In this document: one piece after another, positions 50,447 through 60,756 of the stretch
Layout of the letters: the number at the start of each line of letters is the position of its first letter
How positions within the stretch are numbered: position 1 is the first letter of the stretch
Assembly: GCA_038134595.1 (NCBI GenBank)
Contig: JAYPVM010000002.1
Location: 70,887 to 134,886, forward strand
Direction: 5' to 3'
Source: Pseudomonadota bacterium
GTDB taxonomy: Bacteria > Bdellovibrionota_C > UBA2361 > OMII01
DNA length: 64,000 nucleotides
Made by a program: the position numbers and the translations under genes
Notes under the pieces: generated by a model
Databases searched by the model: none
What the model was told of the DNA's origin: nothing
The model's input: the letters and a program-made list of their open reading frames with translations, nothing else

Positions 50447-51972
50447 CCAATACTCCTTTTCTGTGTCGCTATGTCTTCATTGTGAGCCGCTAGCGAGAAT
50501 AGTCGGTCTTCCGAAAAATCTTCTCGGACAACTAGCCCCGCAATTCCCCCTTCGTGCATAACAATAGCTCTGTCAGCAATGCCCATTACTTCATCAAGCT
50601 CACTTGAAACGAATAAAATAGCTGTGCCCGAAGCCGCTAGCTTGAAGATAATCTCGTAGATTGCCTTCTTGGCCCCAATGTCGACCCCTCGAGTGGGCTC
50701 GTCTAGCAAAAGTAGGGAAGGGCTAGTGCTTAGTGCTCGTCCGAGCAATACCTTCTGCTGATTACCCCCCGAGAGGGTGCTAGTAGCTTGTGTAGTATCT
50801 GTGCACCGAACAGAAAAATCAGAGATGATTTTCTTGGCTTCATGGTTCTCATCTTTGGCCGAGCGGAATAATTTCGATCGTGTAATGTTGTGTAAAACTG
50901 CTGAGGTTTCCTCGATAGTGAAGCCAGGAAGTATTCCTTGTGATTTTCGATCCTCTGGGACTAGGTTAATACCATGTCGCAAGGCTTCCCGTGGATTGTG
51001 GGGCGTGAATGCGGCGTCTCTCAGGGTAAGACCTTCGCTTCTACTCGATTCTATGCCGAATAGTCCGCGAAGGATTTCACTTCTACCCGATCCAACTAGG
51101 CCTGCTATCCCAACAATCTCCCCGGCGCGCACCGAAAAAGAGAGTGGTTTATGCCGGGGGGTTGGAATCCAATCTTTGGCGCGAAGTAGAACTCCTCCCA
51201 ACTTTCGCTCTTGGTACCCGTACATATCAGAGATAGGACGGCCAATCATACAGGTCGTTATTGTCTGCTTTGAGATCTGTTTTTTTGATAGGTCACCACT
51301 GAGCTGCCCGTCTCGAAGAGCTATGACACGGTCGGAGATCGCTTCTACCTCAGCTAGTCGGTGAGAAACGTAGAGAATCGTTACCCCTGATTCTTTTAGC
51401 CGAAGAAGCGTGCTGAGCAAGTGAGAGGTCTCTCTCTCGCTGAGAGAGGAAGTGGGTTCATCGAATATGATAATCCTGGCTTCAAAAGAGAGCGCACGAG
51501 CAATCTCGACGTGTTGCTTTTGTGCAAGCGATAAGTCCCGCACTAATGTGTGAGGATTAAGAGACGAGCCGAGCCTGTTAAGGGCTGTTTGAGCGCGCTG
51601 TGTGTTTTGTTTTCGATTGAGGATTCCCGCTTGAGTTGTTTCGTGGCCTAGCAGGATATTTTCAAGCACTGAGAGATTCTCTAAAACGGAGAGTTCCTGA
51701 TGTACGAGGCCGACGCCGTGTCGGATCGCTTCGCTCGGATGTGCGAACGCAACAGGTGTATCAAAGAGTTTCAAAGAGCCACTATCTGGTTGGGTAATGC
51801 CTGCGATAATCTTTGCAAGGGTGCTCTTGCCAGCTCCGTTTTCGCCCACAATTGAGGTGATGCTTCCTTCATAAAAATCACAAGAGATATCTTGTAGTAC
51901 GGTGCTTGAGCCGAATGATTTATGGATTCCGTTGAGTGTAAGAGCAGTTTGTTGTTTGTCTGTTGCGGTCAC
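50443..51972 (-). CDS. Monosaccharide ABC transporter ATP-binding protein (RbsA-like, two NBDs)
   Basis: GENGAGKST, FDEPT, VPEDRK, LSGGNQQK, DEPTRGVD. Confidence 0.95.
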   Translation of the reverse strand: MTATDKQQTALTLNGIHKSFGSSTVLQDISCDFYEGSITSIVGENGAGKSTLAKIIAGITQPDSGSLKLFDTPVAFAHPSEAIRHGVGLVHQELSVLENLSVLENILLGHETTQAGILNRKQNTQRAQTALNRLGSSLNPHTLVRDLSLAQKQHVEIARALSFEARIIIFDEPTSSLSERETSHLLSTLLRLKESGVTILYVSHRLAEVEAISDRVIALRDGQLSGDLSKKQISKQTITTCMIGRPISDMYGYQERKLGGVLLRAKDWIPTPRHKPLSFSVRAGEIVGIAGLVGSGRSEILRGLFGIESSRSEGLTLRDAAFTPHNPREALRHGINLVPEDRKSQGILPGFTIEETSAVLHNITRSKLFRSAKDENHEAKKIISDFSVRCTDTTQATSTLSGGNQQKVLLGRALSTSPSLLLLDEPTRGVDIGAKKAIYEIIFKLAASGTAILFVSSELDEVMGIADRAIVMHEGGIAGLVVREDFSEDRLFSLAAHNEDIATQKRSIG

Positions 51973-52985
51973 GAGCCAGAAACCTTTTGCTTCAAATCGC
52001 TCCAGAACTCAGAGACATTATCTTTTGTTATCGTTCGGGCGGGTATGTCTATAAACTTAGAGTTTGGAATGCTATTTGGCTCCTTGTTGAGGATGGCCTT
52101 TAAGAGTTTTATCGATTCGTATCCATACTGATACGGGTTTTGTACAACTGTACCCACTACTGAGCCATCGATAATGCCTTGCAGTGTTTGATCAGCTTCA
52201 TCGAAGGCAAAGAGCCGGAGGTCTCGTTTTCCATCTGTTTGCTTTAAGGCTTCCATGCAGAGGGGGATGTTGTATGCGAAGAGTCCAACGAGCGCGTTTA
52301 CTTCAGGGTGCTTTAGTAAGACGTCCTCGCAGTTTGATTTTGCTTTCACTCGGTCAAATTGATCGGTAAGCGTAACAACGAAAGAGAACTTGTCGTTTTT
52401 GATGGGTGCATCGAGCGGATCAAACCTATCTGGGTTTAGATCTCGGTCCATTACCTCATCGATTACACCCTGACGCCTCTTTCGGGCGTTGTCCTGTTCG
52501 ATTCTGCCGACAAGAATCGCTAGTTGCCCGCCCTCTGGCAGGTTTTCCTTAATTAACTTGCCTACCATTCGACCAGCTAGGTAATTATCCATTCCAACGT
52601 AAGCCAAGCGTCTAGAGAGTGGGGCATCGGCATCGTGTGTGATAAGAGTGGTCTGGTCAGCCACCTGGTTTACAAAGCCTGTCTGATTAGTAGCATCGAT
52701 AAGACTTATTGCGATTCCATCAACTCCTCGAACTAGAATGTCTTCGACCATTCTCTTTTGGTCTGCAATCCCTTCGGCAGGCATGTGTACTGACACATGT
52801 ACTCCAAGATCTCGACCGGCTTTTTCTGCGCCAATTTTAGCAATGCTCCAGAAGGAGGCCACGCCGTTAGTAACATAGGCGATACGGGGAGCGCCCGATG
52901 TGTCCCCTTTGCGATTGCAGCCGATTACGCTAAAGAGGAGAGAAACAAAAACAAAAAATGTGGTGTACCGTTGATTTAGCCTCAT
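51969..52985 (-). CDS. Sugar-binding lipoprotein of ABC transporter (RbsB-like)
   Basis: Lipobox VIG|C, FWSIA, GMDNY, FDE, VVQNPYQYGY. Confidence 0.9.
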   Translation of the reverse strand: MRLNQRYTTFFVFVSLLFSVIGCNRKGDTSGAPRIAYVTNGVASFWSIAKIGAEKAGRDLGVHVSVHMPAEGIADQKRMVEDILVRGVDGIAISLIDATNQTGFVNQVADQTTLITHDADAPLSRRLAYVGMDNYLAGRMVGKLIKENLPEGGQLAILVGRIEQDNARKRRQGVIDEVMDRDLNPDRFDPLDAPIKNDKFSFVVTLTDQFDRVKAKSNCEDVLLKHPEVNALVGLFAYNIPLCMEALKQTDGKRDLRLFAFDEADQTLQGIIDGSVVGTVVQNPYQYGYESIKLLKAILNKEPNSIPNSKFIDIPARTITKDNVSEFWSDLKQKVSGS

Positions 52986-53087
52986 ATCTTACTCACAGTA
53001 ACTTAGCACTATGAGCGATGTTTCTATCATTCAAATGGGTTTAGATCGAGGAAAAATCTGTTTTTACCCTAAGTCGGGCTCTTAAGT

Positions 53088-55076
53088 CTACCTACTAGCC
53101 CGCCTTTCTGCCACCGCTGCTGCTCTCACCAAGACTGAGTCGAGAACGCTATCGCAGTTTCTTATAATATTTCGAAATGCTCTCCGGCTAAAATTTGATC
53201 CCCTAAGGCCTGTAACAGCTTCTCCGTTGGGAAGCGAAGCAACAAGAGTGTATCGAAAGAATCGAGATAGCCTACTGGTTTGAATCGGAAAGCTAAGGGT
53301 CGAAGCATCTAATGTAGGAAGTTCTCGTTCGGCAGTGCAAAGAACAGCACCTCTTCTTGTGGAGGCGGTGAGCCTTAGCGTAATTGTTGCATCACCTTCA
53401 GGAGCCGGGAGACGTAATTCCGTTTTTCGATTGAAACGCCTTTTTTTGTTATCCTTCTTAGGCTTTTTAAACCGAGGCGGTGCTACGGTGGCTGTTGGCG
53501 AGGGAGAAGGAGTAAATGTTGGTGTTGGAGGGATTGGGGTCGGAGTAAATGTTGAGGTGTTTGTGAAGGTGGGGGTGATGGTTGCTGTCGGTGTATTTGA
53601 TGGTGTTGGAGTGTTCGTTGATGTGGGGGTAATAGTCGGAGTGCTTGAAGGCGTTGCCGGCAAAGGAGTCGATGAGGGAGTAGCTGAAGCAGTGGGTGTG
53701 GGAGATGGAGTGCTACACACCGATAGAGCTGAAAGTACTGCTTGGTAGGCATTTACTATCGAATTGGTGGCTACTTTGCCATCGACAGACGCATAGTAGT
53801 CTCCTGTTGTTAGTAGAATGTCTCGCACTTGTTCAATTGTGAGCGTGCCGCCGCACGCGGCTTGTATTAAAAGCACTACTCCCGTTACCTGTGGTGTTGC
53901 CATCGATGTGCCGCTTAAATAGGCATACGTTGATGTGGGATAGGTTGCGAAGATAGAGCTTCCAGGAGCGGCTATATCTACCGAAGTAGCGCCGTAGTTT
54001 GAGAAATACGAGAGGTTGTTTCCGGAATCCGTTGAAGCTACAGCGATAACACCAGTGTTTGAGTAACCTGCAGGATACTGTGGTGACGTGTCGTTGTTAT
54101 TTGTATCGTTTCCCGCCGCGGCTACAAAAAGTATGCCCGCAGCTTCACTTGCTTGTATGGCGGTGTAGAGAGATGAGCTATATCCTCCTCCCCCCCACGA
54201 GTTATTGCTAACTACGACATTATGTCCGGCGTTTTTCAGGGCAACTCCGTAGTAGACCGCTTCAACGGCATCACTTGTGTAGCCTGACCCTGAAGCGGAC
54301 AAAAATTTTGCGCCAACTATCTTAGTGGTCCATGCAACGCCGGAGCCGCCCGTGCTGTTGTCACCTTCTGCTCCCAAGATGCCAGCACAATGGGTGCCGT
54401 GTCCGTTGTCATCGTATGGGTCGCCAGAGCCTGTGATAGCATTAATACCATAGACATCATCTACATATCCGTTACCATCATCATCAATTCCGTTGCCTGC
54501 TATCTCACCTGGATTGCTCCACATATTGTTTATCAAATCAGGATGATTGTATTGAACTCCGGTGTCGATGACCAATGCAAGTGTATCGGAATCGCCCGTT
54601 GTTATACTCCACGCGTTTTCAAGGGACATGACGGAGGAAGCGTACTGGTTGCCGTAGGAGGGGTCGTTTGGAACAGCTGACGCCTCTAGGACAAAATCGG
54701 GCTCACAGCGCATTCGGCGACCCAGAGATCTCAACTTGTTTAGAAACTTTCGCACCTTTGGTCGCTTGCAGGGATTTGTCTTTCTACTGAGTTTTTGCTT
54801 GATAATATCGCCTGCCGCTTGTACTTTTCCCCTCCGCTGGCTTCGAAATGAGTTAACGTAAATGGTGCCACCTAATCTCCTTGTATCGAAATTTGCATCA
54901 CTACTCTCCGAAACAGCTCTGTCTACAGCGGCTTGGCTTATAACGGCACTCCTATAGCTTAAGAGAAACCGATCGCCGATCCATTTTGTAGACTCAGCCC
55001 GACTTACCTGGTGTGGCAGAAGCACTGCAACAATCAGTAGGAAGGAGGGAATTAGAGAGTACAGATAACGTAACAT
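53088..55076 (-). CDS. Secreted subtilisin-family (S8) serine peptidase with Pro/Thr-rich linker
   Basis: Signal peptide; [25 protein letters not shown]-repeat linker; basic C-terminal domain. Confidence 0.95.
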   Translation of the reverse strand: MLRYLYSLIPSFLLIVAVLLPHQVSRAESTKWIGDRFLLSYRSAVISQAAVDRAVSESSDANFDTRRLGGTIYVNSFRSQRRGKVQAAGDIIKQKLSRKTNPCKRPKVRKFLNKLRSLGRRMRCEPDFVLEASAVPNDPSYGNQYASSVMSLENAWSITTGDSDTLALVIDTGVQYNHPDLINNMWSNPGEIAGNGIDDDGNGYVDDVYGINAITGSGDPYDDNGHGTHCAGILGAEGDNSTGGSGVAWTTKIVGAKFLSASGSGYTSDAVEAVYYGVALKNAGHNVVVSNNSWGGGGYSSSLYTAIQASEAAGILFVAAAGNDTNNNDTSPQYPAGYSNTGVIAVASTDSGNNLSYFSNYGATSVDIAAPGSSIFATYPTSTYAYLSGTSMATPQVTGVVLLIQAACGGTLTIEQVRDILLTTGDYYASVDGKVATNSIVNAYQAVLSALSVCSTPSPTPTASATPSSTPLPATPSSTPTITPTSTNTPTPSNTPTATITPTFTNTSTFTPTPIPPTPTFTPSPSPTATVAPPRFKKPKKDNKKRRFNRKTELRLPAPEGDATITLRLTASTRRGAVLCTAERELPTLDASTLSFPIQTSRLSRFFRYTLVASLPNGEAVTGLRGSNFSRRAFRNIIRNCDSVLDSVLVRAAAVAERRASR

Positions 55077-55549
55077 CTTGTGGTGGTCGACTCGTTATCG
55101 AAAAACTTTAGACTTTATGGTGCCGTACCCCCGCTAACCATTGGTAACTGCCTAACTGGGGGGATGAAAAAAGAAAAAATGGAGGGTTCCACCATATCCC
55201 TTCTCCATGGTGTCTTACGTGATTTGGTGTAGCCAAATCTCGAAAAAGGGTGACACGAAGCCGATTAGAATTCAATAAAAAAAGGGGGGGGCTGCTCGGA
55301 GAGCCGCTTCTCTGGAATAGCTGTTTTTAGCCTCTACACCGAATTTTAAGCGGTTTGTTGGGTCTCGAACGCCTTTTCTAAGTCTGAAAATCACCTAACT
55401 TACTAATTTGAGGACAGGTATATCGACATTGATGACGGCATCCCCTATAGTCTCCGACAAAACCCCGTGGGTACTATTTTTTATTTACAAGTCCCTGGCT
55501 TGTTGGTTGTCGGGTGTAGAGAGCGCTGCAAGAGCAGAACGGCGATGTA

Positions 55550-56482
55550 ATGAGAGATTCGTTAACAATAGGAACAAGAAAGAGCCCCTTAGCGCTCTGG
55601 CAGAGTGCGTATGTCAAGGGGGAGATCGAGCGTGTTTTTCCGGGGATATCCGTTTCTCTTAAGCACATTGTAACACTTGGGGATAAAACCCAGGACTCTC
55701 AGGTGGCGATTCCAGAGATTGGAGGAAAAGGGTTATTTACGCACGAGTTAGAGGAGAGTTTGCGTACTGGAGAAATTGATCTGGCGGTGCACTCCCTAAA
55801 GGACCTACCTACTGCGTCTACTGAAGGTTTTTGCATCGGCGCTATCCCGAAGCGGGGTGCAGCTGGAGATGTTTTGGTATCACGCAGTGGTCAGACGCTT
55901 AAAGACTTACCGAATGGAGCGGTCGTTGGAACCTCGAGTGTAAGACGGAGTTCTCAGATATTACGTGTGAGGCCTGATGTGCGTATTAAGCACATAAGGG
56001 GTAACGTAGCAACTCGAATTGCGAAGTTACGAAATGTCGATAACGGGTTTGACGCGATTGTGCTTGCCGAGGCAGGTATCGAGCGGCTTGGATTGCAGGG
56101 GGAGATCACAGAAGTTTTGGGGTTTGACACCATGTTGCCCGCCCCCGGACAGGGTGCGCTCGGTGTTCAGTGTCGGGCAGATGACAGCGAGTTGCAGGAA
56201 TGTTTACAACGCTTTCATGATGCAACTACAGCGGCGGCCGTAACGGCAGAGCGAGCATTTTTAGCAGCGCTAGAAGCAGGGTGCAACACGCCAGTTGCCG
56301 CATTCGGTCGTGTGGAAAAAACGGGCGACGGTGAAGTAGTTATATGTCGTGGCCGATGTTTGTCGCCAGATGGTTCGCAGTGTATAGAGGTTGAAAGCTC
56401 GGCAGGTGTGACCGAGGCGCGCAGTCTAGGATTAGAGCTAGCAGGTAGGGTTAAGGCAGACGGGTTTGAGGCACGTGTGTAA
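55550..56482 (+). CDS. hemC: Hydroxymethylbilane synthase
   Basis: GTRKSPLALWQ, GGKGLFT, VHSLKD, GTSSVRR, PAPGQG, EAGCNTP. Confidence 0.97.
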   Translation: MRDSLTIGTRKSPLALWQSAYVKGEIERVFPGISVSLKHIVTLGDKTQDSQVAIPEIGGKGLFTHELEESLRTGEIDLAVHSLKDLPTASTEGFCIGAIPKRGAAGDVLVSRSGQTLKDLPNGAVVGTSSVRRSSQILRVRPDVRIKHIRGNVATRIAKLRNVDNGFDAIVLAEAGIERLGLQGEITEVLGFDTMLPAPGQGALGVQCRADDSELQECLQRFHDATTAAAVTAERAFLAALEAGCNTPVAAFGRVEKTGDGEVVICRGRCLSPDGSQCIEVESSAGVTEARSLGLELAGRVKADGFEARV

Positions 56483-56498
56483 TTAGAGGGGATTCGGT

Positions 56499-57257
56499 AT
56501 GAAGGTGCCCATCGTTCTCACTCGACCTCAGGGGCCTCATTTTGGCAACAAAAAACTAGCACAAAAGCTCGAGGCGCTAGGGTTTGAAGTCATACTGTTG
56601 CCGTTGCTCCAGTGTGTCGAAGTTTCATTTTCAGACGAGATAAGGGAAGCTCTCGAAACCGCCGCCGTATCGGACAGCAAGGTTTGGATCTCTCTATCGT
56701 CGCCTACAGCAGTTTATATTTGGCACGGTGTCACGACAAAGCATCCCAGTCTTCTTAAGATCACATCAACTGCCGAACTTGTCGGCCAGGGTTCAGGTAC
56801 AGCGGCGGCCGTACGCGAGTGTTTTGGTAGAGAAGTAGCGTTTGTGCCACGTGAGTTTATTGCAGAGGAGTTTGCACGCGAACTTGCTTCTCGTGTCGGC
56901 GGAGACGATATAGTCTTGGTGCCACAGGCAGAACACGGTCGGAACGTGGTCGCACCGTTTTTAGAAGAGCACGATAAAAATGTTCTGTCTTTTGTGACCT
57001 ATCGATTTGAGAGAGTTCATGTATCGGAGGAGGAACTTGCGGGGATTTCAGCCGATAGTGTTATTGTGTTTATGAGCCCTTCAGCTGTACGGGCGCTCTC
57101 TAATCGTTCAGAATCGCTCCTTCAAAACCGTCGCATTGTTTCGATTGGCCCCATAACCTCGTCAGCTGTTCGAGAGGCAGGGTTTTGCGTGTGGCGTGAG
57201 GCCAGAGAGTATTCTGAGCAAGGGATTATTGATGTGCTTTCCGAGCCTGAATGGTAG
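56499..57257 (+). CDS. hemD: Uroporphyrinogen-III synthase
   Basis: LTRP, SSPTAV, G.GTA, VTYR, FMSPSAV, SIGPITS; directly after hemC. Confidence 0.85.
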   Translation: MKVPIVLTRPQGPHFGNKKLAQKLEALGFEVILLPLLQCVEVSFSDEIREALETAAVSDSKVWISLSSPTAVYIWHGVTTKHPSLLKITSTAELVGQGSGTAAAVRECFGREVAFVPREFIAEEFARELASRVGGDDIVLVPQAEHGRNVVAPFLEEHDKNVLSFVTYRFERVHVSEEELAGISADSVIVFMSPSAVRALSNRSESLLQNRRIVSIGPITSSAVREAGFCVWREAREYSEQGIIDVLSEPEW

Positions 57258-57582
57258 CTTTCTTCTTACGGTGTGAGGGGGTAGGATGTCTATAATACAG
57301 AGATTATTTACTTTAATGGGTGCGTTGGGCTCTCTGATTTCAGCTCGGCGCTGGAGGATACCTTCGTATCCCCCTTTGCTAGATTAGAACAAGTCAGTTT
57401 ATTGAAAAATCGTAGCAAGTTAGCTACTCTCACAAAGCAGAACTAGTTTTGACTGTGTAGAGAGAGCTAGATGACAAATTAGTCGTAAACGTCTCGCTGT
57501 ATTAGTCTTAAAGTTGTTTCACCAGGAACCTAGCGGTCGGGTAGCATCTGCAGGATAAATTACGTGTGAAAAGAGTAGGATA

Positions 57583-58866
57583 ATGATAGACCTTCACGAC
57601 CTTCGAGCTCGTCCGGATGAGTACCAGAAAGCTTGTATTGATAAGCGAATATCCTTTGACGTTAAGGAGTTTCTTGCGCTCGATGCCGAGTACAGAGAGC
57701 TTCGGAGTGTTGTAGAGACCAAACGCGCAGAGCAGAATTCGGTAAGTAAAGAGATACCAAAGCTTCAGGGAGAAGAGAAGCAAGCTAAGCTTGCCGAGAT
57801 GAAGCAGTTGGCGGAGGAGGTAAAGGATGGAACGCTTCGACTCCGAGAGGTTGAAGAACGGTGGAGAGCTGAACAGTTGCGAATTCCGTCGATACCCTTG
57901 TCTGTTGTTCCGGTCGGAAAAGATGATTCAGAGAATCGCCCCGTACGGAGTTGGGGAGAGGTGGTTCCCCATGGATTTGAGACAAAGGATCATGTTGAAC
58001 TAGCCCAAGCGCTTGATCTCTTTGATATCGAGCGAGGTGTAAAGGTTGCCGGAGCGCGAAGCTATTTTCTAAAGGGTGAAGGTACTCGCCTTGCGCATGC
58101 AATTTTAAGTTTAGCGATGGACCACCTCCACAAACAGGGCTACACCCTGATGGATCCGCCTCATATTGTTTCTCGGCAGGCTATGATTGGAACCAGCTAT
58201 TTTCCCGGCGGAGAGGAGATGGCGTACCATCTTGATGAGCGTGATGATGGTTTCTATTTGATCGGAACCTCTGAGGTTCCCGTAGCGTCGTTTCATGCTG
58301 ATGAGATTTTGTCGATTGAAGAGCTTCCCAAGCGTTATGCAGGCTACTCGCCATGCTATCGCAGAGAGGCTGGCACCTATGGAAAAGACACACACGGCTT
58401 GTACCGAGTGCATCAGTTCTACAAAGTAGAGCAAGTCATTCTGTGCGTTGCAGATCCAGTTGAGAGCGAGAAATTTCACTACGAGTTGCTAGGAAACGCA
58501 GAGCAGGTAATGCAGCTTCTTGAGCTGCCGTACCGCATAGTTGACGTATGCACAGGTGATATGGGGCAGGGGCAGGTCTTTAAGCACGACATTGAAGCGT
58601 GGATGCCATCTCGGCAAGCGTATAGCGAGACGCACAGTTGCTCATCGTTTTATGATTTTCAGGCCAGAAGGCTCAATACACGATACAAAAACGAACACGG
58701 CAAGAATACGTTTTGCTACACACTAAACAACACCTGCATAGCGAGTCCCCGGATATTGATTCCGTTCTTAGAGACACATCAACAGGCTGACGGCTCGGTG
58801 CGCATCCCGACAGCTTTGCAGCCGTTTATGGGTGGACAAACCGCGATTACACCAACAAAGAGTTAG
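57583..58866 (+). CDS. serS: Serine--tRNA ligase
   Basis: N-terminal coiled coil, LIGTSE, YRREAG, GLYRVHQF, ETHSCS, FQARRL, TLNNT. Confidence 0.97.
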   Translation: MIDLHDLRARPDEYQKACIDKRISFDVKEFLALDAEYRELRSVVETKRAEQNSVSKEIPKLQGEEKQAKLAEMKQLAEEVKDGTLRLREVEERWRAEQLRIPSIPLSVVPVGKDDSENRPVRSWGEVVPHGFETKDHVELAQALDLFDIERGVKVAGARSYFLKGEGTRLAHAILSLAMDHLHKQGYTLMDPPHIVSRQAMIGTSYFPGGEEMAYHLDERDDGFYLIGTSEVPVASFHADEILSIEELPKRYAGYSPCYRREAGTYGKDTHGLYRVHQFYKVEQVILCVADPVESEKFHYELLGNAEQVMQLLELPYRIVDVCTGDMGQGQVFKHDIEAWMPSRQAYSETHSCSSFYDFQARRLNTRYKNEHGKNTFCYTLNNTCIASPRILIPFLETHQQADGSVRIPTALQPFMGGQTAITPTKS

Positions 58867-58878
58867 GAGAGTTTTGCA

Positions 58879-59901
58879 GTGTCAGTATTCCTAAAAGCCC
58901 TTGCGGGAAAGCAAGTAGAGGAGACACCAATTTGGTTGATGCGCCAAGCCGGACGCTACCTGCCCGAGTATAGAGCCCTGCGAGCGAATCATTCGATGCT
59001 TGAGATGGTGCAAAACCCCGAACTTGCCTGTGAGGTGACCTTGCAACCACTAAGACGGTTTCAGCTCGATGCCGGGATAATCTTTGCTGATATCCTAACG
59101 CCACTGATTGGCATGGGGGCAGATCTTGATTTTAAGAAGGGCGAGGGGCCTGTCATTGAAAATCCCGTTCGCTCCGCTAAAGATATTGACGCACTTCAGA
59201 CGCCGCTTCCTGAGGAACACGTAGGGTATACGCTCGATGCAATAAAGCTTGTGGTTTCTGAGTTGCATGGGCGTGTTCCTTTAATTGGATTTTGTGGCGC
59301 TCCGTTTACATTGGCGAGTTACTTGATAGAGGGGCAGAGCCCAAAGGATCTTCGGTACACCAAAGCGCTTATGACCGGAGATCAAAGGGCCTGGCATTCG
59401 TTGCAATCGAAGCTAACCAAGCTATCGGCAGATTATCTAATTGCGCAGGTTGAATCAGGTTGTCAGGCTTTGCAGATATTTGATTCGTGGTTAGGAGGAA
59501 TTGGCCCCGCTGAGTATGAGGTGTTTGTTGAGCCGTATCTAAAGGAGCTCGTCTCGAGGGTAAAGGAAAAAGTCGATGTTCCGATCATCTTTTTTGCCAC
59601 AGGGGTTGCGAGCCTGTTTCCGCGACTTTCAAAGCTCTCTGTAGACGCGTTCGGCGTTGATTGGCGTCTTTCACTACCTCAGGCGCGGGAATTATTGGGA
59701 AGAGATGTTCCTCTGCAGGGAAACTTAGACCCACAAATACTCACGGGTAACTGGGAGTATGTTGAGCACTCCGTTGGTAGGATATTGCAAGAAGCTAGAG
59801 AGGTATCATCTCATATCTTCAACGTCGGACACGGAATTGTGCCGCACACGCCAGTTGAGAATGTCGAAAGGCTGGTAGATTTCGTAAAGGGGAGAGGGTG
59901 A
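58879..59901 (+). CDS. hemE: Uroporphyrinogen decarboxylase
   Basis: PIWLMRQAGRYLPEY, IIFADIL, GAPFTLASY, QIFDSW, QGNLDP, FNVGHG. Confidence 0.97.
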   Translation: MSVFLKALAGKQVEETPIWLMRQAGRYLPEYRALRANHSMLEMVQNPELACEVTLQPLRRFQLDAGIIFADILTPLIGMGADLDFKKGEGPVIENPVRSAKDIDALQTPLPEEHVGYTLDAIKLVVSELHGRVPLIGFCGAPFTLASYLIEGQSPKDLRYTKALMTGDQRAWHSLQSKLTKLSADYLIAQVESGCQALQIFDSWLGGIGPAEYEVFVEPYLKELVSRVKEKVDVPIIFFATGVASLFPRLSKLSVDAFGVDWRLSLPQARELLGRDVPLQGNLDPQILTGNWEYVEHSVGRILQEAREVSSHIFNVGHGIVPHTPVENVERLVDFVKGRG

Positions 59902-60737
59902 TACATACAACGTCCCTTTGCACCTTTGCCCTGTACTTTGCCCTTGTGGTTTTGTATCTCCTGCAGATGAGCAACCAAATTAAGCTAACTCGCGCTGCAG
60001 CTGTCCGAAAGGTGTTGCTATATGGAGCCGTATGCTTTCACAGCGTGCTTATGGGTTCAGTACTGCGACGGTACGGATTTACCATTTTTGAAAGTGGTGC
60101 TGACCTATTTCTGTGGGTCTCGTGGATAGTTTCATTGTTATTTACCTTTTCGAAGCGACTCGCCTCAGCTCCGATAGTTGCCCTGGTAGTGATTCCGCTG
60201 GTTATCGCATTTTTAGGAAGCTCATCGTATGTAATGCACGGCGATACGCCTGGGGTTCAATTGGGTATTTCAGAGAGAGGACTCGTATCGTTGTCTCACA
60301 GTGTGCCGGTGCTGGTGGTGCTTACGAGTTTTGTTCTTTTGTTTATAGGTAGCGTTGTTTTTCTTGTGGTGGAACGTCGCTTAAGAGCGAAAGACCGTCT
60401 CTATCTAAGTGATTCGGGAGTAAGTCTTGAGTACCTTGATCGAGCCAATAAATACTTAGCTCATATCGGATTTGTTGGTTTGTCGCTGGTTATCGCTTCG
60501 GGTGGAATGCGGGCAGTGACCCAACATAAACCACTATCGTTTATGGATCCCTCTGTGCTTACAGGCTGCGTAGTGTGGGTGTTGTTGGGCGTTTTACTGC
60601 ACTTTCGGTTGGTACGACAGTGGTCGCCGAGACGGTTAGCGCAGTGTACCGTGGTGGTGGCTGGAGGATTTATCGTCTCTGTGTTTTTGATACTACTGAT
60701 AACGGGACGGATTACCCACGGAGCAATGTACGCCTAA
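59898..60737 (+). CDS. ccsA: Cytochrome c assembly (CcsA/HemX/YpjD-like) membrane protein
   Basis: About 8 TM helices, membrane His residues, LEYLDR, DP motif; lies between hemE and hemA; Trp-rich motif degenerate. Confidence 0.65.
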   Translation: MIHTTSLCTFALYFALVVLYLLQMSNQIKLTRAAAVRKVLLYGAVCFHSVLMGSVLRRYGFTIFESGADLFLWVSWIVSLLFTFSKRLASAPIVALVVIPLVIAFLGSSSYVMHGDTPGVQLGISERGLVSLSHSVPVLVVLTSFVLLFIGSVVFLVVERRLRAKDRLYLSDSGVSLEYLDRANKYLAHIGFVGLSLVIASGGMRAVTQHKPLSFMDPSVLTGCVVWVLLGVLLHFRLVRQWSPRRLAQCTVVVAGGFIVSVFLILLITGRITHGAMYA

Positions 60738-60756
60738 ACAGGGGCATAGTGAAGAG

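Noticed and set aside
53480..53710. Repetitive GT-rich DNA resembling a tandem array
   Set aside because: It is the Pro/Thr linker of the S8 protease, not a CRISPR or non-coding repeat.
57258..57582. Possible T-box leader upstream of serS
   Set aside because: No GGTGGNACCGCG T-box motif or terminator/antiterminator seen; only an imperfect hairpin at ~57421-57470.
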